DNA from: a virus
Lineage: Duplodnaviria > Heunggongvirae > Uroviricota > Caudoviricetes
DNA: 64,000 bases
IMG/VR virus record: IMGVR_UViG_2541047959_000009
Reading direction: 5' to 3' (one strand)
Position numbers and translations under genes: made by a program. Below the pieces are notes generated by a model. The model searched no databases and was not told where the DNA came from. It worked only from the letters and a program-made list of their open reading frames with translations. Below are positions 10,116 to 19,793 of this stretch, piece by piece. Within the stretch, counting starts at the first letter, position 1. Each line of letters starts with the position of its first letter.

Positions 10116-11016
10116 CCGTTCCTCCGTTGGTTACGCTCCACTGCGTACATGATGCGGCCTGTGTTTTGTTCAGGACCACATCAGCCAGCGGTGAAGCCAG
10201 CTCCACACGTTGAACCCCCTCAACATGCAGCGCGGCAAAAATGGCACTACGGCGAATATCCCGACCAAGCCGCGTCTGACTGGCGATGTACTTCTGCAGG
10301 CTGGCTTTTGCCGCTGCCATTACCGGCTCTGCTTCGGGCCCCGGATAGAGAAAAATGGTGGCTTCCACGCGGTACGGGATGATTTCTGCGCTGCGAACCG
10401 TAAGACGGTCAGCCACCGGGCGGACGTTCTCACTGTTCAGGGCTTTCTCCACCACATCCAGCAGGTCTTTTTCTGCTGTTCCGTCGCCTTCGCGGCTAAG
10501 GACAGTCAGCACCACCTCTGCAGGTGCCGGGCTGGTTGCACTGGCATCCGCCACCCGACCGTCGGCGCTTCGGGCATGAAATTCATAAGCTGCAGTTGGC
10601 CCCGCAACTGAAAGCCCTTCAAAGGCTGCAGGCACACGCAGGCGTAACGCTTCATCACTTTCCATCACTGCCGCAACGGGCGGCACAGCGTCATTATCAG
10701 CAGGCGTCACCGTCAGGCGTTTCACGTTGTAATTGGCAGCGAGCTGGTCCAGATCGCTCCCTATGGCATAAGCCGCCATCACCGCCTGCGCGGCTTCGTT
10801 AATGCGCTGGCGCAGAAGCAACTCACGATAAGCGTTCTCCTGCAACAATTTGGTGACGGGTTCAGATTCCAGTTCCAGCGTGCGGATCACTGCTTCCTGC
10901 TCATCTTTCGGATGAAGCGCCACAAATTCTGCCTTGCGTTCGGCAAGCAGCGTCTCAAAGTCCGGCACATCCACAATCTGCGGTGCAGGCAACTGCGAAA
11001 GGTCAATCACTGCCAT
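10108..11016 (-). CDS. J: baseplate assembly protein J
   Basis: ORF 10108-11055; start moved to MAVIDL Met (302 aa). Confidence 0.8.
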   Translation of the reverse strand: MAVIDLSQLPAPQIVDVPDFETLLAERKAEFVALHPKDEQEAVIRTLELESEPVTKLLQENAYRELLLRQRINEAAQAVMAAYAIGSDLDQLAANYNVKRLTVTPADNDAVPPVAAVMESDEALRLRVPAAFEGLSVAGPTAAYEFHARSADGRVADASATSPAPAEVVLTVLSREGDGTAEKDLLDVVEKALNSENVRPVADRLTVRSAEIIPYRVEATIFLYPGPEAEPVMAAAKASLQKYIASQTRLGRDIRRSAIFAALHVEGVQRVELASPLADVVLNKTQAASCTQWSVTNGGTDE

Positions 11017-11362
11017 TCTCTGCTCCTGTTGATACGGAAAGGGACACAGGTACACCGTTATTCCGCCGCCCGGTCAGCTCCACCATCATTGAACCGTCAA
11101 AATTGCTGTTGATGGTGATGGAATCCAGCATCAGCCGTGGCTCCCAGCGACTCAGCGCCACATACACTGCCGACATGACCTGCAGGCGTAATGCCGGATT
11201 TTGTGGCTGATCTATCAGTGCCGACAGCAGGGAACCATATTCCCGGCGAGCAATGCGGCTACCCTGCGGTGTCAGCAGAATGTCCCGCACCGACTGGCGC
11301 AGATGGTCAATATCAGTAATGGCTTTACCGCTGGTATTGTTCATCCCGCTATAAAGCGTCAT
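11003..11362 (-). CDS. W: baseplate wedge protein W (gp25-like)
   Basis: 119-aa ORF, synteny. Confidence 0.8.
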   Translation of the reverse strand: MTLYSGMNNTSGKAITDIDHLRQSVRDILLTPQGSRIARREYGSLLSALIDQPQNPALRLQVMSAVYVALSRWEPRLMLDSITINSNFDGSMMVELTGRRNNGVPVSLSVSTGAENGSD

Positions 11363-11937
11363 ACCGGGCCTCCGGTTGTATCGCCGCCTTTCAGGACGCC
11401 AGTATGCTGATGCGCATCAACCACGATCCCGTTAGAACTCATCGCACCGCCGCCCTGGGTAACGCCGCCATTGATCACTACTTCACTATTAATACGCGTG
11501 CGGTCAGCCTCCAGCACAAACTCACTGGTTTTCAGGGTGATATTGTCGGCAGCCTCAATAACCATGGATTTGATGCCCCTGACATACCAGCGCCCGGTGG
11601 CGGGTTCGTATTCAAACCAGCCACCGTCAGGATGTTCTGTCACGCAGGCGTCCGCCGACGTCGACGGTGGTGCGAACTGATTCGAATAGACAGCGGGCAG
11701 CGCAAAGGCGGTCTCCAGATTGCCGCCCAGACTCAGCAGCACCACCTGCTCACCTTCCGATGGTCGCCACCATGTCCGGGCATTCCCGGCACGCAGGGTC
11801 AGCCAGCTGATCCAGTTGGTTTCTAAGTCGCCTGTTTTCACCCGACAAAGCCAGTTTTCCCGGTCCACTTCGGTGACTACCCCAGTGCGGATCAGGTTGG
11901 TGATAAGGCGCATGATTTCGGTTAGTTGTGTGTTCAT
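11359..11937 (-). CDS. V: baseplate spike protein V
   Basis: 192-aa ORF, P2 V-like. Confidence 0.85.
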   Translation of the reverse strand: MNTQLTEIMRLITNLIRTGVVTEVDRENWLCRVKTGDLETNWISWLTLRAGNARTWWRPSEGEQVVLLSLGGNLETAFALPAVYSNQFAPPSTSADACVTEHPDGGWFEYEPATGRWYVRGIKSMVIEAADNITLKTSEFVLEADRTRINSEVVINGGVTQGGGAMSSNGIVVDAHQHTGVLKGGDTTGGPV

Positions 11938-11983
11938 GAAAATAGACTGCTATATCTCAAAATTGAGAAGTAGCTTTGATAGT

Positions 11984-12001
11984 TGTATCACGGCTGTCAC
12001 A
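11984..12001. promoter_or_regulatory. Ogr-type activator box (TGT-N12-ACA) of late promoter for V-W-J-I-H-G
   Basis: TGTATCACGGCTGTCACA centred ~55 bp upstream of the V start codon. Confidence 0.5.
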
Positions 12002-12075
12002 AACAACTGGCAAAAAACGACTACTATCTATAAATTATTGAGAGTTATCTCATTAACAAAAAAGAAGCTTGGTAA

Positions 12076-13776
12076 ATGGAACACTTAAGACAACTGCAAA
12101 ATAAAACTTCCCTGTTAGAAAAGTACGGGACTAGTAACGCACATCTTTTATGGTCATTAGGTCTTTACTTAGATGAATCCGATTTTGATAAGCTAGCATC
12201 TGATGGACTTACTGATGGTGGAAACGATAAGAAAATAGACTTCATTACCGTAATTAATTCAACGTTATTTATTGCTCAGGGTTACTACTGCAATCAGCAA
12301 GCACTTAAAATAGTTGCGCCTGCAAATAAAGCTTCTGACTTAAACACTGCTTTAGCGTGGATTATGGCAGGCTCAGGAGAGTCTCCAAATGCAAAATTAA
12401 GAGCAAAAATTTCTGAGGTTAGAAAATTAATTGATGATAACGAAATTGAAGCTGTTGAATTATTATATATCCATAATTGTGCCGAATCTGAGCAGGTTAA
12501 AACTGAGCTTGAAACTTGTCGTGACTATCTAGCAGGTAGATTTGCAGACAAAGAAATTGAGGTAACTTACAGAGAACTTGGTGTTAATAGTCTTGAAAAA
12601 TTGTATATTGCGCTATCACAACAAATTGTTGTGACTGACAATATAAAGTTCAATGGCGAACTTATAAATTCTGTACAAGGTGATGGCTGGACTTCACATG
12701 TTGGCTTTGCAAACGGCACTTGGCTAAATTATTTATACAAAAATTATGGAGCAGAATTATTTTCTGCTAATTATAGGGGGTTCATGGGATTAAATAAGAG
12801 AAGAAAAATAAACTCATCAATTAAGAATACCGCAGAAACATCCCCAAAAGACTTCTTTGTCTTTAACAATGGTGTATCAATCCTAACAACAAAATTCAAC
12901 AAAGAAAAAGGGTTGTTGGAAGGAGTTTCAATCATAAATGGAGCTCAAACCACTGGTTCTATTGGTTCAGTTCAAGATATACAAAAATTAGATGGCCTAA
13001 AAGTCCTTTGTAAGGTTATTGAATGTAATGATGCGGACAAAGTAAAAAAAATAGTCCAGTATAATAATACTCAGAATCATATTACAACCTGGGATCACTA
13101 CTCTAACAGCACAGAACAAAAACAGGTGGCAGAAGAATTTTCCACTCTTGGTTATACATATTCACTGAAACGCGGCTTCGAAAATACTGGTTCTTTATTT
13201 GGCATTGAGTCTGTTGCTCAACCGCTGATAGCGTTACATGGGGATTATGTTAGCGCCAATAGAGGTAAAAACTACGTTTTCGATACAAAATCAGCCTATG
13301 ACAATGCCTTTCATGATTCGAAAGCCCAGCATATTTTATGTGCTTACACTATTTCAAAAGCTATAGAAAAAGTAAAATCTCAAATCCGTGCAAAAGAGAA
13401 TAAAATTAAAGTAGATGAGGATAACTTATTATTCCTCCAAAATTTAAAGTCTCGATTCTTTTTAATATCCGTCATCGGAGAAATACTTGAAGAATTAACA
13501 GATAAACCTTTGAACAAGAAGAAAATAAAATATAAATATGATACAGCATTATCTAAAAATAACTCTCTGGATGATTTAATCGACCTTTGGACACCAGTTA
13601 TAACTGCGATATTACCACATGTTATCCGTGTTTCAGGTCAAGATTTAACCACCTACTTATCTGTAACAGACAACCCGTTATCTATCGTATCAAAGGAAGT
13701 TAAAAACATATTAACATCCTTAAAAGCGTTCCAACCGATTGAGCCATTAATTACTCTTTCAAATCACCTTGAATAA
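12076..13776 (+). CDS. hypothetical 566-aa cargo protein at the S-V variable locus (candidate anti-phage defence; family not recognised)
   Basis: Long ORF on the strand opposite the flanking late genes, AT-rich relative to backbone, own upstream region and terminator. Confidence 0.8.
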   Translation: MEHLRQLQNKTSLLEKYGTSNAHLLWSLGLYLDESDFDKLASDGLTDGGNDKKIDFITVINSTLFIAQGYYCNQQALKIVAPANKASDLNTALAWIMAGSGESPNAKLRAKISEVRKLIDDNEIEAVELLYIHNCAESEQVKTELETCRDYLAGRFADKEIEVTYRELGVNSLEKLYIALSQQIVVTDNIKFNGELINSVQGDGWTSHVGFANGTWLNYLYKNYGAELFSANYRGFMGLNKRRKINSSIKNTAETSPKDFFVFNNGVSILTTKFNKEKGLLEGVSIINGAQTTGSIGSVQDIQKLDGLKVLCKVIECNDADKVKKIVQYNNTQNHITTWDHYSNSTEQKQVAEEFSTLGYTYSLKRGFENTGSLFGIESVAQPLIALHGDYVSANRGKNYVFDTKSAYDNAFHDSKAQHILCAYTISKAIEKVKSQIRAKENKIKVDEDNLLFLQNLKSRFFLISVIGEILEELTDKPLNKKKIKYKYDTALSKNNSLDDLIDLWTPVITAILPHVIRVSGQDLTTYLSVTDNPLSIVSKEVKNILTSLKAFQPIEPLITLSNHLE

Positions 13777-13780
13777 ATAA

Positions 13781-13802
13781 CGGGTGGCCTCCTAGGCCAC
13801 CC
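13781..13802. terminator. bidirectional hairpin terminator between cargo gene and S
   Basis: Perfect 9-bp stem CGGGTGGCC/GGCCACCCG with 5-nt loop between convergent genes. Confidence 0.7.
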
Positions 13803-13831
13803 GTTCATAACTTATTTTTAATCTAAAATTT

Positions 13832-14290
13832 TTACGGCTTATTGTTATTAATTAACCATTGATAAAAAACATTCTTAACGTTGTTCTCAATATCATTGTT
13901 AATACCCAACAAACGCCGCTCTGCATACCGTACGTCCGGTCCTTTGCGACTGACGCGATCACGCAGACCGTAATGGTGAACACGGGCAATGCGCTGTACC
14001 TTACCTTCAAACTGCACGCTGGCAGAGTCGGCGCTGGCGGCAGTTTTCAGGTATTTTGTGGTGCGCAGCTTTGCAAACATCTGACGTTTGATACGGCCTT
14101 TTTTACTGCGTGCTGTTACCCGTCGCGGTTCATAGCTGCTGCCGTCAGGGTTGCGCTGCATCCTGATATTCTGCTGCTGTGTCCGGCGAAGTTCCTGCGC
14201 CAGCTGGCGCATCATGCGGCTTCTCGAGGCTGGTTCCAGATTCGCCAGCAAGGCACTCAGCCAGTCGTCCACCTTCTGCAGTTCAGCCAC
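13832..14290 (-). CDS. S: tail completion protein S
   Basis: 152-aa ORF, synteny. Confidence 0.8.
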   Translation of the reverse strand: MAELQKVDDWLSALLANLEPASRSRMMRQLAQELRRTQQQNIRMQRNPDGSSYEPRRVTARSKKGRIKRQMFAKLRTTKYLKTAASADSASVQFEGKVQRIARVHHYGLRDRVSRKGPDVRYAERRLLGINNDIENNVKNVFYQWLINNNKP

Positions 14291-14735
14291 ATTTCACCGT
14301 CCACATTTCTTCAGGTGCATCAGGTTCCGCTATAGCTTCAACGCTCGACACACTGCCGTCAGTGCTGACCAGCACACGTTCCGTCAGTTGCAGGTTCAGG
14401 CTGATATCACAGACATCGTTGCGCAGAATATCCACCTCAAAGGTGAATAGCTTTTCCCGTAACGCCGGGTTATTGATGGCATCGGGCTGGTTATCCCTCA
14501 GCCACAGCAAAACCGGGGCCATCAGCAGATTCTGGTCGCCGCTGAAATCCTCAATCACCGCGTTCAGTGTGTAACGGTACTCCCACGACATGGAGCTGGC
14601 CCCCGTGGCAACCAGCGAACCGTTATCCACAAACAGATGCAGTTTGTCCGGGTTATTGCGGACATAAGGCACCGCTTTATTGAGGGCGTGGCGCAGGGAT
14701 TGTGGTTTGTTCACTGTTTCGCTCCTGACACGCAA
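14283..14735 (-). CDS. R: tail completion protein R
   Basis: 150-aa ORF, synteny. Confidence 0.8.
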   Translation of the reverse strand: MRVRSETVNKPQSLRHALNKAVPYVRNNPDKLHLFVDNGSLVATGASSMSWEYRYTLNAVIEDFSGDQNLLMAPVLLWLRDNQPDAINNPALREKLFTFEVDILRNDVCDISLNLQLTERVLVSTDGSVSSVEAIAEPDAPEEMWTVKCG

Positions 14736-14967
14736 TAATCATGTCCACTTTGTCTGCACAGACCGCCCAGGCGGCCTCCGTTTCATCCAGCAACGCGTTC
14801 AGATCACCGTTAGTGCGCGGCGTTGCCTGATCCAGCCGACACGGCGTCACTCGCGGACAACCACTGACGGTAAGCCATACCTCCGGTGAGTGCCGGACGT
14901 TTCCGCAGCCGGATAATGTCAGCAGGCAAAGGAGTATCAGCCCAGCGGCGTAAATCCTCGTTCTCAC
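14677..14967 (-). CDS. lysC: LysC (Rz1-like outer-membrane lipoprotein spanin)
   Basis: 96-aa ORF starting inside lysB in another frame; lipobox LLTLSGC. Confidence 0.6.
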   Translation of the reverse strand: MRTRIYAAGLILLCLLTLSGCGNVRHSPEVWLTVSGCPRVTPCRLDQATPRTNGDLNALLDETEAAWAVCADKVDMIIACQERNSEQTTIPAPRPQ

Positions 14968-15238
14968 GTTTCAGTTCCTCGATCCGGTGTTGTCGTTGTC
15001 TCAGCAGCGTGCTGGTCTGTTCTGCTTCGGCATAGAGCCGCGCCTGCTCCCGGTTATTGGTTTCAGTCAGAATGGACAGGCTGATAAGCTGGCTATTGCT
15101 CTTTGCCAGTGCCTGGCTTTTGCTCTGCAGCTCGTCTGCCTGCGTGCTGATGGTCTGGCTGGCATCAGCCAGCCGCCACGTCTGCCAGCCCAGCGCCGCC
15201 AGTAATAACGTCAGCACAACCAGCAGCAACCGGTTCAT
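14810..15238 (-). CDS. lysB: LysB (Rz-like inner-membrane spanin)
   Basis: 142-aa ORF, N-terminal TM helix then coiled-coil. Confidence 0.75.
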   Translation of the reverse strand: MNRLLLVVLTLLLAALGWQTWRLADASQTISTQADELQSKSQALAKSNSQLISLSILTETNNREQARLYAEAEQTSTLLRQRQHRIEELKRENEDLRRWADTPLPADIIRLRKRPALTGGMAYRQWLSASDAVSAGSGNAAH

Positions 15239-15612
15239 GCTGCTACCTGTTGCGCCATCTGATTACGGGTGATCCAGAAGGCAATAACGGTCAGTAGATA
15301 AAAGACCAGGGTAATAGCCCACCCCGTCCAGGCGAGACTTACAACAATCAGCAATCGCATCACCCAACTGGTAAATACGTTTTCTTTTCGAGTAATTGTC
15401 TTCAGCAAAGATGCCCTTAACTCCTGCCAGAGCGGGCCATTCTTAATTAACGCAGCCAGTGCTACCGGAATTACCGCCCATGTCAGCAAACAGGCTACCC
15501 AAACGCCGGACGCTGCCAGTACCGGAAAAATCCCCTGCGGATACACCATTGCTGCGATTAACAGCGCCATCCATAACATCAGAAACAGTCCGCTGATTAA
15601 TTTCTTTTTCAT
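15235..15612 (-). CDS. lysA: LysA (membrane protein, lysis timing)
   Basis: ORF 15235-15684; start moved to MKKK Met directly after K stop; multiple TM helices. Confidence 0.7.
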   Translation of the reverse strand: MKKKLISGLFLMLWMALLIAAMVYPQGIFPVLAASGVWVACLLTWAVIPVALAALIKNGPLWQELRASLLKTITRKENVFTSWVMRLLIVVSLAWTGWAITLVFYLLTVIAFWITRNQMAQQVAA

Positions 15613-15613
15613 T

Positions 15614-16126
15614 TCAGTTTGCTCCCTGTAAACACCAGGCCATCTCCCGCGCACGGCGGTTATCCAGCCCCTGATTAAAAACACCTTTCACATAAACCCA
15701 GCGCGGCAACTGTCGGCATGCATCCGCCCAGCGCCGCTGATTGAGCAATTTCACCAGCGTGGAACTACAGGCATTGCCCGTCCCCACGTTGAAGGCAAAC
15801 GACACCGTAGCGTCATACACCTTCTGCGGCGGCTGTTGCTTCACACACCTTTCCAACGCCCGCTCCACTCGTAGCACGTTGGAGATCAGCCCTTCAGCTG
15901 CCTGTCGTTCCGTAATAATTTTGCCGGGAATGACGCCCGACGTATTACCAATGCCGTCGGTCCAGACACCCGCGCTGCACTGATACGGCTGCAGACGACA
16001 GCCTTCATAATCAGCGATCAGTTTCAGTCCCTCCTCGGAGGTGTGAAGCTGCTGAAACCCCGGCAGCGTGGCAGCAATAGCCAGCACGGCCCCGACAAGG
16101 CAGCGTTTAACGATTGATGGATTCAT
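15614..16126 (-). CDS. K: endolysin (lysozyme)
   Basis: 170-aa ORF with hydrophobic N-terminus and lysozyme-like core, P2 K position. Confidence 0.85.
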   Translation of the reverse strand: MNPSIVKRCLVGAVLAIAATLPGFQQLHTSEEGLKLIADYEGCRLQPYQCSAGVWTDGIGNTSGVIPGKIITERQAAEGLISNVLRVERALERCVKQQPPQKVYDATVSFAFNVGTGNACSSTLVKLLNQRRWADACRQLPRWVYVKGVFNQGLDNRRAREMAWCLQGAN

Positions 16127-16322
16127 AGTCCTCCCGCGAGATCTGCCCGTCGCGCAGAAGCTGGTAGGCTTTGTGTTTGTAGTACCAGTTGATAGCCAGC
16201 ATCAGCACACCGATCATCAGGCCGCCCAGCGTTGAGGCATCCTTGATGGACAAATCGCCCAGCCAGGCCAGCACGACGGCGATGCAATACGTGATAAAGG
16301 CGCTGATTCGCTCAAGCGTCAT
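16107..16322 (-). CDS. Y: holin
   Basis: 71-aa ORF with two TM helices and charged C-terminus, upstream of K. Confidence 0.75.
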   Translation of the reverse strand: MTLERISAFITYCIAVVLAWLGDLSIKDASTLGGLMIGVLMLAINWYYKHKAYQLLRDGQISREDYESINR

Positions 16323-16325
16323 AAT

Positions 16326-16529
16326 TCAGTCCCATAGCTGGACGGTCTGCACGGTGGTGGTGGTCGGAATGTCCGGCAGCTCCACCTGCAGCCCGTGAGG
16401 TAAAAAGGGGCCGTATTCGGCAAGCCCCGGATTTGCCTTCAGTACCTGCTCCGTGACACCCTGCGTGCGCCCGTAATGACGCCAGCAAAGTGCGTCCACC
16501 GTGTCATACTGATGCGCACGCACTTTCAT
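16326..16529 (-). CDS. X: tail protein X
   Basis: 67-aa ORF, P2 X-like. Confidence 0.8.
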   Translation of the reverse strand: MKVRAHQYDTVDALCWRHYGRTQGVTEQVLKANPGLAEYGPFLPHGLQVELPDIPTTTTVQTVQLWD

Positions 16530-17056
16530 CAGATAAGCTCCACTGTGCAGTGCGGCGCATCCTGCACCCGGCTGATGGCCCAGCGGGCGTCACGCCATAA
16601 ATCACCGCTTGCTTCCGCCAGTTCCTCGCCTCGCTTCGCACCGGATGCCGTGGCGTCATAGTCCTGGTAACGTTCGTTGAGCATGGCGCGTGCCCAGCAG
16701 TAAACCGCGTTGAAATAGTGCTGAATGCGCTCGCTTTTGCCGTCCAGTTGTTCCGCCGGGACTTCTGCCAGCGAGGCATACCCCAGCATCTGCTGGCGTC
16801 TGCGAAACTCATACAGCTCTGCGTTGACCTCCGAAATTGCCGACAGGGCAACCTGTTTTAAACGCGGCTGCGTCACCGTGCCGTCAGTGCGCATCACACT
16901 GCGAAACTCCGACAGGTCCACATCAGGCCAGAACGGCGTATTCCTGATGATTTCCGCCTGTTCCGGTGCCTGTTCTGGCGCAACAAACTTCATGCTGCTT
17001 TCTCCTGAAATAGAGGGCGGTGGACGGGGTTTTGATGTGGCAGTGCCTTTCGCCAC
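16529..17056 (-). CDS. L: capsid completion protein L
   Basis: 175-aa ORF (true start may be the internal MKFVAPEQ Met). Confidence 0.8.
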   Translation of the reverse strand: MAKGTATSKPRPPPSISGESSMKFVAPEQAPEQAEIIRNTPFWPDVDLSEFRSVMRTDGTVTQPRLKQVALSAISEVNAELYEFRRRQQMLGYASLAEVPAEQLDGKSERIQHYFNAVYCWARAMLNERYQDYDATASGAKRGEELAEASGDLWRDARWAISRVQDAPHCTVELI

Positions 17057-17088
17057 CCCGTGCCGCCCGTGCGCGGGGGCACGTTCTG

Positions 17089-17739
17089 TCAGCGGCTGTC
17101 ATTGCGCAGTCTGCGCTCTAGCTGCTGTTTGTCTTTTTTCACGCCACAGCGGGGATCGAGCTGTAACGCATGGTTGAGATGATTAAGGGCAGACGCCGGA
17201 TTTCTTTCACTCAGGACAGCGCCAATCGCTTTATGCAGACGCGCCCGTGACTGGTCCGGCATATCCATACCGTCTGTCAGCTCCAGGGTCTTCAGCAACA
17301 GATCGGTATCAAAGCCGGTGGCGGCAAGCATTGCGCTCTGGGCTGCATCTGCCATTTCCTCTGCCAGCACGGTCTGCACGTTGCGGTTACCTAACGGCAT
17401 CACCCAGCCATGACGCAGGGCGTGACGCCCGATCTCCAGCGCCCCGGCATAATCTCCGGCATCAATGCGCCACAGCATCACGTACATCAGCACGTCATCC
17501 TGTTGAGCGCCTCCGGCAGCCAGGACACCCTCCGCCCAGGCGGCGTACTTCGGCAGCAGCTCCACCTTGATTTCCGCTTTTTTGACCGTGGACTGAACGC
17601 CCTTGAGACGGCGGCGGTCTTCCGCCAGTTGCAGCAGCATCAGGTCATAGCCCGACGCGTGGCGAACGCTGCCGCCCTCGCGGGCGGCCTGTTCAGCCTG
17701 AACGCGCAGGCGATGCTGCCGTGCGGGACTCAGGCTCAT
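17089..17739 (-). CDS. M: terminase endonuclease (small) subunit M
   Basis: 216-aa ORF, synteny. Confidence 0.85.
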   Translation of the reverse strand: MSLSPARQHRLRVQAEQAAREGGSVRHASGYDLMLLQLAEDRRRLKGVQSTVKKAEIKVELLPKYAAWAEGVLAAGGAQQDDVLMYVMLWRIDAGDYAGALEIGRHALRHGWVMPLGNRNVQTVLAEEMADAAQSAMLAATGFDTDLLLKTLELTDGMDMPDQSRARLHKAIGAVLSERNPASALNHLNHALQLDPRCGVKKDKQQLERRLRNDSR

Positions 17740-17742
17740 GAA

Positions 17743-18801
17743 TTACGCTCCGGTTTCTGCTGCTGCGGCGCTGAAGTCGCCAATCTGGATGTTTTCCACC
17801 AGTGCGGCGCAGCGGTAGTCCTCAACCACATAGGCTTCGTTAACGGATTCAAAGTTTTCAATCCGGTCACGTTTCGGGTTGTCGATAACTGAGCGGCGGC
17901 GGGTGTCTTCCTGCCAGTAGATGGACAGGTTATCCAGACGGGTGATCAGCAGTGCATTCGGCGGGAAGAACGGCGCACGCACGGCCTGCAGGCCACCCAT
18001 GCGTTTCTGACTGATGATCATATCAGCAGCCAGTTTTTCACTGTTTTCCTGCTCTTTGTTGACCAGCGGGAAATACTTGTCAGACAGCAGTTCACGACCG
18101 CAAATCACCACCAGATCGTCATCGTCCTGGTAGACCACATCGATAAGCTCATTGACGGCATCCATCACCACGGCGTCCAGGTTGGCATATTCGCCACCTT
18201 TCCCGACTTTCACCGCACCCGGTGTGGTTTCACCGCCCGTGGTGGTGCTGCCCATGACGTGATCCGGTGCATCTTCACGGATTTTCTGCAGCCAGCCTTT
18301 GTTCACATCCTGCAGCAGCGGGTTTTCGCTACGGTTGGAGGTTTTCGCACGCTTCACGCCGTTAAAGCCGATCATGATGCGGTCCAGAGCCTGACGTTTC
18401 ACGATGGCGTCACGGATGCGCACCTGGAAATCCTGAAACTTCGCCCACAGGTCCAGCTTCGCGTAGGTCAGCACCGTGTCAAAGTTGGTCTGCTCGCATT
18501 TATATTCCACATCGACCATCAGCGTCGGATCGACAGGTTCACGCTCTTTCGCGGTGGTGTCAGTGGTTCCGGCAATGGTGCTGCCAACTCCCAGCCCCAG
18601 CAGCTGACCGGACTGCTCAGTCACTGGCGTGACGTTAATCAGCGTCAGGAAAGCGGCGGACTGCTGGATCTGGTCTTCCAGCGTCTGCTGCACAGACGGC
18701 TCCACGGTGAACTTGCTGGACAGTTCTTCAACTGCCACACCGTTCAGACGCGCCAGCTGCTGCAGGTAAGCGTTAAAAGCAAAGCGGGTATTCTTCTTCA
18801 T
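17743..18801 (-). CDS. N: major capsid protein N
   Basis: 352-aa ORF, synteny. Confidence 0.9.
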   Translation of the reverse strand: MKKNTRFAFNAYLQQLARLNGVAVEELSSKFTVEPSVQQTLEDQIQQSAAFLTLINVTPVTEQSGQLLGLGVGSTIAGTTDTTAKEREPVDPTLMVDVEYKCEQTNFDTVLTYAKLDLWAKFQDFQVRIRDAIVKRQALDRIMIGFNGVKRAKTSNRSENPLLQDVNKGWLQKIREDAPDHVMGSTTTGGETTPGAVKVGKGGEYANLDAVVMDAVNELIDVVYQDDDDLVVICGRELLSDKYFPLVNKEQENSEKLAADMIISQKRMGGLQAVRAPFFPPNALLITRLDNLSIYWQEDTRRRSVIDNPKRDRIENFESVNEAYVVEDYRCAALVENIQIGDFSAAAAETGA

Positions 18802-18817
18802 CGGGTTTTGTGCTCCA

Positions 18818-19651
18818 TCAGCAATTGGTCAGAGTGTCAGCGGGGGCGTTACCGCCTGTTGCACGCTGGCGGTAGTCCTGGCGACTGTCTTCATGACTCA
18901 GCTTGTCCACCAGTTCGTTAAAGGCGGTTTGCTGTGCCTGCAGGGCAGTCTCCAGCTCAGACAGGCGTTCTTCCTGCTCAGACAGGGATTTTTCGGTGCG
19001 TGCGCTCAGGTTCTGCTGCTCAGTGGCGACCAGCTCCACGGCCTTATGCACATCAGAGAACCGGGCGTCATCGGACTGCTCTTTTTTGGTAAACAGCGCC
19101 GTGACGCGGGCAAACAGGGACGGTTTGTCGTCCTGGATTTCTTCCAGTTCGATCACCGTTTCCTCTGCAGCGGTAAAGAGATTGGCAGGATTCTGCTTGC
19201 GGTTTGCCAGCAGGTTATGGGCTGCACTGGCGCTGAATGTCAGCATTTCCGTACCCAGACTGGCAGGGTCATCAGTGGCAGCCAGGCCGACCAGATAGGC
19301 TTTGCCCGTATCAGCGAACTTCGGGCTGACTTCCATAGAGGTGAATAATTTCTGGCCTTTTTTCACCAGTTCCACCAGGGACTCCGTTGGCTCAACGTCG
19401 GCATACAGCGCCATCTTGCCTGCCAGCGGACCTTCCGTGATTTCTTCAGCAAACAGCGCCGTCACCTTGCCGTAGCGGTTAAAGGTGCTGTCCGGCAGAT
19501 AAGACTTGATGTGCTCAAGGTTAATCAGCGCGGTATACACCGCCGGGTTGTAGCTGGCTGCCATCTGTTCCAGCCATTCACGCTGGATTTCGCGTCCGTC
19601 GGTGGTGGCACCTTCCACCCCGATGCGAAAACGCTTTGCTTTCACTGTCAT
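18818..19651 (-). CDS. O: capsid scaffolding protein O
   Basis: 277-aa ORF, synteny. Confidence 0.85.
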   Translation of the reverse strand: MTVKAKRFRIGVEGATTDGREIQREWLEQMAASYNPAVYTALINLEHIKSYLPDSTFNRYGKVTALFAEEITEGPLAGKMALYADVEPTESLVELVKKGQKLFTSMEVSPKFADTGKAYLVGLAATDDPASLGTEMLTFSASAAHNLLANRKQNPANLFTAAEETVIELEEIQDDKPSLFARVTALFTKKEQSDDARFSDVHKAVELVATEQQNLSARTEKSLSEQEERLSELETALQAQQTAFNELVDKLSHEDSRQDYRQRATGGNAPADTLTNC

Positions 19652-19729
19652 GAGCCGTGCTCCGTTAGAAAAAACTTACTGGAGCCTTATGGTTGCGGTG
19701 ATGGGGGCAGTGAAACAATGCGCGGTATT

Positions 19730-19747
19730 TGTACCGACAACCACACA
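19730..19747. promoter_or_regulatory. Ogr-type activator box (TGT-N12-ACA) in divergent P/O late promoter region
   Basis: TGTACCGACAACCACACA between divergent O and P starts. Confidence 0.45.
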
Positions 19748-19793
19748 AACCGCAGGCGGGGAAAGCCTTCATTCAAGGCTGTAGGTTTGTGCC

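Noticed and set aside
12076-13776. Old-like (Walker A ATPase/Toprim) identity for the S-V cargo protein
   Set aside because: No GxxxxGK[ST] P-loop or Toprim-like acidic motif found by eye.
19652-19793. Second Ogr box for the P promoter
   Set aside because: Only one clean TGT-N12-ACA element found in the divergent region; other candidates deviate from the consensus.
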